A stretch of DNA of 40,273 nucleotides, taken from positions 158,614 to 198,886 of the forward strand of contig CAZUDK010000001.1 in assembly GCA_964618905.1 (NCBI GenBank), written 5' to 3'. The translations under genes were made by a program, and so were the position numbers. This DNA is from an uncultured Candidatus Saccharibacteria bacterium. Lineage in GTDB: Bacteria > Patescibacteriota > Minisyncoccia > Phycocordibacterales > Zambryskibacteraceae. Position 1 is the stretch's first letter. The number at the start of each line of letters is the position of its first letter. Positions 35,683 to 40,273 of this stretch are shown piece after piece. The notes beneath the pieces were generated by a model that saw only the letters and a program-made list of their open reading frames with translations, did not search any database and was not told where the DNA came from.

Positions 35683-37571
35683 GCATCTTAGAAAAATTAA
35701 CATCGGACAATAATAAAAAATCCGACATAGAATCAATCCTTCCTCAGGAAGTATTCCAAGCTGGTGTCCTTGAGCTTAAAGACATCATCGCGCCTTCGGC
35801 GCTCAAGATAACCCCAAAAGAGATCGACCTCGGCGAGAAAATCCTCAGAAGCTTCTTCGTGATCTCATACCCAAGATTTTTGGCCGAAGGTTGGTTTTCT
35901 CCAATAATAAATATGGATAAGGTTTTTGATGTTTCTATATTCATTCATCCTATAGAGACCTCAAAAGTTCTTCATCAGTTTCAAAAGAAAGTGGCAGAAG
36001 TTCAAAGCCAGATTCACACCAGGGAAGAGAAGGGGCTTGTTAGAGATCCAGTTCTCGACGTTGCTTATCAAGACTTGGAAAACTTGCGCGACCAACTCCA
36101 GCAAGCCCAAGAAAAACTCTTTGATGTTGGGCTGTACATAACCATATACGGAGACAGTGAAGAAGAGCTCGATAAAGTAGAAGCAACCATAAAATCCATT
36201 CTTGAAGCCAAACTCATATACGTCAAGCCAGCCCTCTTCCAGCAAGAACAGGGGTACAAGAGCACTCTTCCGCTTGGCAATGATCTTCTAGCAGTAAATT
36301 CCAAACTCAATTCTTCGCCCCTCTCGTCACTCTTCCCATTTACATCTTTCGACCTAACTTCCGACAAAGGAATTCTTTATGGCATCAATAGACACAACTC
36401 CTCTCTGGTCCTCTTTGACCGATTCTCTCTTGAGAATTACAACTCAATCATGTTTGCCAAGTCTGGTGCAGGTAAGTCTTATGCCACTAAGCTCGAAATA
36501 CTACGCTCTCTAATGTTCGACACCGAGATCATCTGCCTAGACCCGGAAAATGAGTATGAATACATGGCCGAGGCTACCGGAGGAAGATACTTTAAAATCT
36601 CGCTTAATTCCGAACATCATATTAATCCGTTTGACCTGCCAATGCCTGGGCCAGATGAAGCTCCAGCTAATATTCTGCGCTCGAATATCATTAATTTAGT
36701 GGGACTTTTCAGATTGATGATGGGCGGCTTAACTGCAGAAGAAGATGCCATTATAGACAGAGCTATTACAGAGACATACGCCCTTAAAGATATAACAGCA
36801 GACTCAGATTTCAGAAATGTTGAGGCTCCGCTGATGTCCGACTTTGAACTGGTGCTCTCAGGCATGAAAGGCGGAGAGTCTCTTGCTCAAAGACTGTCAA
36901 AATACACCAAAGGCACATGGTCTGGATTTATAAACAAGCCGACAAATGTTGATATCAATAAAAAGTTCGTGGTCTTTTCGCTCAGAGATATGGAAGACGA
37001 ACTTAAACCGATTGCAATGTACATCATTACTCACCATATTTGGAATGCTATAAGAAAAGAGCTCAAGAAACGCCTCTTGGTCATCGATGAGGCTTGGTGG
37101 ATGATGAAATCAGACGATACCGCATCGTTCCTCATGGGACTAGTTAAAAGAGGGCGTAAATATTACTTAGGCGTAGCAACCATCACTCAAGATGTCGGCG
37201 ACTTCTTGAAGAGCCCTTACGGCCTGCCAATAATCACAAACTCTTCGATTCAAATTCTTTTGAAACAGTCTCCAACCACCATCGATAACCTCCAAAAAAC
37301 ATTCAACTTAACTGATGAAGAAAAATATCTTCTTCTTGAATCCGATGTGGGGGAGGGTATCTTCTTCGCCGGACTAAAGCATGTTGCCATAAAGAGCATT
37401 GCTTCATACACCGAGGATCAGATCATCACCTCAGACCCATCCCAAGTACTGGCTATAAAGAAAGCTCGCAGGGAAGCGGAAGAGATCAAGGAAGAGGTAA
37501 GACCGGCAGCACCAGCACCAAATCCTGTAAACCAAACGAATACACCAAATGAAAAAGCAGCCCCAGCTTAA
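35679..37571 (+). CDS. VirB4-like ATPase
   Basis: Walker A AKSGAGKS, DPENEY, INPFDL, Walker B LLVIDEAW, RGRKY, ITQD. Confidence 0.9.
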   Translation: MSILEKLTSDNNKKSDIESILPQEVFQAGVLELKDIIAPSALKITPKEIDLGEKILRSFFVISYPRFLAEGWFSPIINMDKVFDVSIFIHPIETSKVLHQFQKKVAEVQSQIHTREEKGLVRDPVLDVAYQDLENLRDQLQQAQEKLFDVGLYITIYGDSEEELDKVEATIKSILEAKLIYVKPALFQQEQGYKSTLPLGNDLLAVNSKLNSSPLSSLFPFTSFDLTSDKGILYGINRHNSSLVLFDRFSLENYNSIMFAKSGAGKSYATKLEILRSLMFDTEIICLDPENEYEYMAEATGGRYFKISLNSEHHINPFDLPMPGPDEAPANILRSNIINLVGLFRLMMGGLTAEEDAIIDRAITETYALKDITADSDFRNVEAPLMSDFELVLSGMKGGESLAQRLSKYTKGTWSGFINKPTNVDINKKFVVFSLRDMEDELKPIAMYIITHHIWNAIRKELKKRLLVIDEAWWMMKSDDTASFLMGLVKRGRKYYLGVATITQDVGDFLKSPYGLPIITNSSIQILLKQSPTTIDNLQKTFNLTDEEKYLLLESDVGEGIFFAGLKHVAIKSIASYTEDQIITSDPSQVLAIKKARREAEEIKEEVRPAAPAPNPVNQTNTPNEKAAPA

Positions 37572-37908
37572 ACATACAACAGAGGGTTTGATGATATCGA
37601 CAGCTCTGTTCTTTGATGCTTTTCAGGCTGTCATACAACTAATACCCGGACTGGGACAGATATTGGCATCCCTTGTGGGGATTTATGCCTTATTAACATT
37701 TTGGCTCTGGTTTAGACTGCATGGCATAAAATTTAGCACTCCAAAGAGAGCAGGAACTATGGGGGGAGGATTTTTAATTGAACTTATACCTCTACTGAAT
37801 GCTCTTCCGGCATGGACATTGGCTGTTGCTTTAATCATAGCCGATTTGAGAGTAAAAGAAGCTGCAGATAAATTCGCAGGCGACGGGGAAAACAAGAAAG
37901 CAGCTTAA
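37549..37908 (+). CDS. Small hydrophobic membrane protein
   Basis: Hydrophobic helices; ELIPLLNALP.WT motif. Confidence 0.7.
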   Translation: MKKQPQLKHTTEGLMISTALFFDAFQAVIQLIPGLGQILASLVGIYALLTFWLWFRLHGIKFSTPKRAGTMGGGFLIELIPLLNALPAWTLAVALIIADLRVKEAADKFAGDGENKKAA

Positions 37909-37931
37909 GAAAAACCTGTATAATATAGAAA

Positions 37932-38624
37932 ATGAATAAATTATTTGCTCTATTTGCAATATTAATATTTTCTATTCCTTTCTATACAAATGCTCAAGGT
38001 ATAGACCTTCTCTGGCAAGGAGACACTTACACGCCGCCTTTCTACAAGGGCAGGCCCCTCTGGACCGACCAGTCTAGAGTTATAATAGTTGCCATACCTG
38101 ATATTACTGGCGGTTCAAACCTTTTCTATAAATGGTCGAAGAATGGCACTGTACTTGGCGGGGCAAACGGAGTAAATGGCATAGGACAAAATTCATTGAT
38201 CTTCACATCATCCATCATAGGTAGGCCGCAAGAAATCAATTTAGACCTCCTGTCGAGCGATAAAGCTGTTCTTGCTTCAGCAAGCATAAACTTAGATCCT
38301 ACATATCCAGAATTATTAATTTATGAAGACAATCCACTTTACGGTCTCTTGTTCCACAGAGAAGTAGGGGGTAGATACAACCTCACTGATGAAGAAGTTA
38401 CACTGAAGGCTTTTCCAATGTTCTTTAGTGTTGAAAATCCACTACAAAGTTCTTTAGATTTCACTTGGCGGACAGGAGGCAACACTAATAAAGAAAGCTC
38501 TGTAACATACCGCATTCCTGATGGCGCATCCGGCACTTCGGAAATTTTTACCCAAATTAAAAATACCGAAAGAATTTTGCAGTCGGCCAGCAAGAATTTT
38601 ACCCTTCAATTTGGTGATAAATAA
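37932..38624 (+). CDS. Exported beta-rich (Ig-like) protein
   Basis: Signal peptide; YTPPFYKG, YKWS, FTW motifs. Confidence 0.7.
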   Translation: MNKLFALFAILIFSIPFYTNAQGIDLLWQGDTYTPPFYKGRPLWTDQSRVIIVAIPDITGGSNLFYKWSKNGTVLGGANGVNGIGQNSLIFTSSIIGRPQEINLDLLSSDKAVLASASINLDPTYPELLIYEDNPLYGLLFHREVGGRYNLTDEEVTLKAFPMFFSVENPLQSSLDFTWRTGGNTNKESSVTYRIPDGASGTSEIFTQIKNTERILQSASKNFTLQFGDK

Positions 38625-39563
38625 ATGAAATTTTCAAGAAAAATATTAATATTCTGTCTCTCAATCCTTGTGCTGGTGGCTTTTATCCATGCTGGTTCTG
38701 TATTTGCCCAAGACTCCACAGAGTATAAACTACTCGAACCAATCCCTTCTTTTGTAGGTGACTCTGAAGGAGTGACTACAGCAAATGAATATATTCCTGG
38801 AGTAATCAGACTTATAATCGCCTTGTCTGGAGCACTGGCTGTAATAAAAATAATTTTCGGCGGCATCCAGTACATGTCTACTGATTCTTTTAGTGGGAAA
38901 AACCAAGGGCGGCAAACAATACAAAACGCCTTATTCGGACTGATTCTGGTTATTTCCGCTTGGCTTATCCTGCACACCATTAATCCAAACTTGGTAGAAT
39001 TTGATTTCTCTATTGAAGGACAATCTTTAGGTGAGAAATACACCTCTACACCAACTGGTCCTCCTAATGTAGACCCTGGCGACTGTATTAATTGCACAGC
39101 TGTTACAGTTGACCATAAAGGCGCATTTGGTGTATCTAAAGGTTGCGCACCAGTAGGTGAAGACAAAACATGTAAAGTAAATGCTGTATTAAATAGCCGA
39201 TTGGTAGGTTTGAGTAAATTACTTAAAAGTGAAGAAAATTTAACCCTCTTCATTACAGAAATGTTCCCTCCGACAACCTCAGCACATAAATGTCATTGCC
39301 ATTATGACGGCACTTGCGTAGATGCGGTAGCAGGTATAAAAGGACCGACTGGAATCATGTCTGATGTTATTACTGGAGACCAAATAAAAGCCTTTATAGA
39401 TTTTTCAAATGATATGAAGTTAAACTCCGTATATGAAGTTCTAAGTGAAGAAGAAGCAGAAAGGATAAGAGAAGAAACCGGACTTTCCGATTCGCAGGTG
39501 ATTTACGTCCCTCACGCTACCGGCCGTCATTTTTCTGTTTATCAAAACAGTTGCAGTTCATAA
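38625..39563 (+). CDS. VirB2/TrbC-like pilin domain fused to putative M15-like metallopeptidase domain
   Basis: Signal ending VFAQ, two TMs (IIFGGIQY...ILHTINPNL); C-terminal H-x6-D (HYDGTCVD) and GRHFSV. Confidence 0.65.
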   Translation: MKFSRKILIFCLSILVLVAFIHAGSVFAQDSTEYKLLEPIPSFVGDSEGVTTANEYIPGVIRLIIALSGALAVIKIIFGGIQYMSTDSFSGKNQGRQTIQNALFGLILVISAWLILHTINPNLVEFDFSIEGQSLGEKYTSTPTGPPNVDPGDCINCTAVTVDHKGAFGVSKGCAPVGEDKTCKVNAVLNSRLVGLSKLLKSEENLTLFITEMFPPTTSAHKCHCHYDGTCVDAVAGIKGPTGIMSDVITGDQIKAFIDFSNDMKLNSVYEVLSEEEAERIREETGLSDSQVIYVPHATGRHFSVYQNSCSS

Positions 39564-39564
39564 T

Positions 39565-40273
39565 ATGAAAAAAGCTCTAAACATTTTTTTAATCATACTT
39601 TTGGCTAGCGGAGTGATTTTTTCTGTATGGTATTTCTTCTTGCAAAAACCTGCAGAAAACACCGTTGAAAATCCATTCAGTAATTCTCTCCCTTTTGGAA
39701 ACGGAGATAATGTAACTTTCCCAACATCTTCCTCGGGCGAGACTGGCCAAAACATAAATGCCGGAATTGAAAATGGTAAGCCGGCTTCCGATCTGTTTCG
39801 CATAACAGCTTCACCTGTAGCCGGAGCTGTCGTGCTGGGAGAAGGAGCTTCAACAACCGTAAGATACGTGGAAAGAGCAACCGGGCATATATATGAGACG
39901 AATCTGACCACTCTTAAAACTAGAAAGATACTAAACACCACTCTTCCAAAAATTTACGAAGCCTTTTTCAGCCAAAATGGCAACAAGGTTTTATTCAGAT
40001 CTCTCAGCGATAATGGAAAGATTGAAGATTTATCATTGAATCTTATTCCACCCGACTCAGAATCGGAATCTTCAGGCAGCTCAGATCAGCTGAGTACTTT
40101 ATACACTTCAGAAGCTACTGTTTTAAATGGAGATATAAAAGAAGTAATAGCCGGAGAGGGAAATAGCCTCTTTTATGTGCTTGGTGACGATTCTTCAATA
40201 AGCTCTTCAACATTTGAAGGTACAAGCCAAAAAACAATCTTTTCTTCTCCATTTACTGCATGGAGGCTAGGTT
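39565..40273 (+). CDS. N-anchored exported protein, partial (runs off window)
   Basis: ATG 1 nt after upstream stop; MKKALNIFLIILLASGVIFSVWYFF...; RYVERATGHIYE. Confidence 0.75.
   Translation, partial: MKKALNIFLIILLASGVIFSVWYFFLQKPAENTVENPFSNSLPFGNGDNVTFPTSSSGETGQNINAGIENGKPASDLFRITASPVAGAVVLGEGASTTVRYVERATGHIYETNLTTLKTRKILNTTLPKIYEAFFSQNGNKVLFRSLSDNGKIEDLSLNLIPPDSESESSGSSDQLSTLYTSEATVLNGDIKEVIAGEGNSLFYVLGDDSSISSSTFEGTSQKTIFSSPFTAWRLG

Overview
This is a bacterial chromosome segment in genetic code 11. Gene content suggests Patescibacteria/CPR (Parcubacteria-like), by inference from a trigger factor lacking the PPIase domain, a PrgI/VirB4/VirB6/VirB2-like locus, ComM and short housekeeping genes. 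1-6.7 kb is accessory. It holds an AT-rich operon (alpha/beta hydrolase, inositol-1-phosphate synthase, Pol-beta-type nucleotidyltransferase). It also holds an unannotated 41-aa lipoprotein followed by a degenerate TyrRS-fold protein, and a radical SAM/SPASM enzyme followed by a 66-aa peptide with six Y-x-D motifs (candidate poly-cyclophane RiPP). The last two cassettes share a 28-nt promoter element. 7.6-8.6 kb has DnaA boxes and parS-like sites (candidate origin region). Five tRNAs follow, then core genes (cca, hup, rny, clpP, tig, ppa, nusA, xer, rpsO, comM, pcrA, rsmA) interspersed with small self-contained cassettes, including three zinc-binding mini-proteins between tig and clpP. 28.9-40.3 kb is a type IV secretion-like gene cluster. 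Window-wide patterns: many core genes look leaderless while accessory cassettes have strong SD sites, and small palindromic elements occur, one enclosed by locus-specific inverted repeats. All family calls are from motif recognition by eye; no searches were run.
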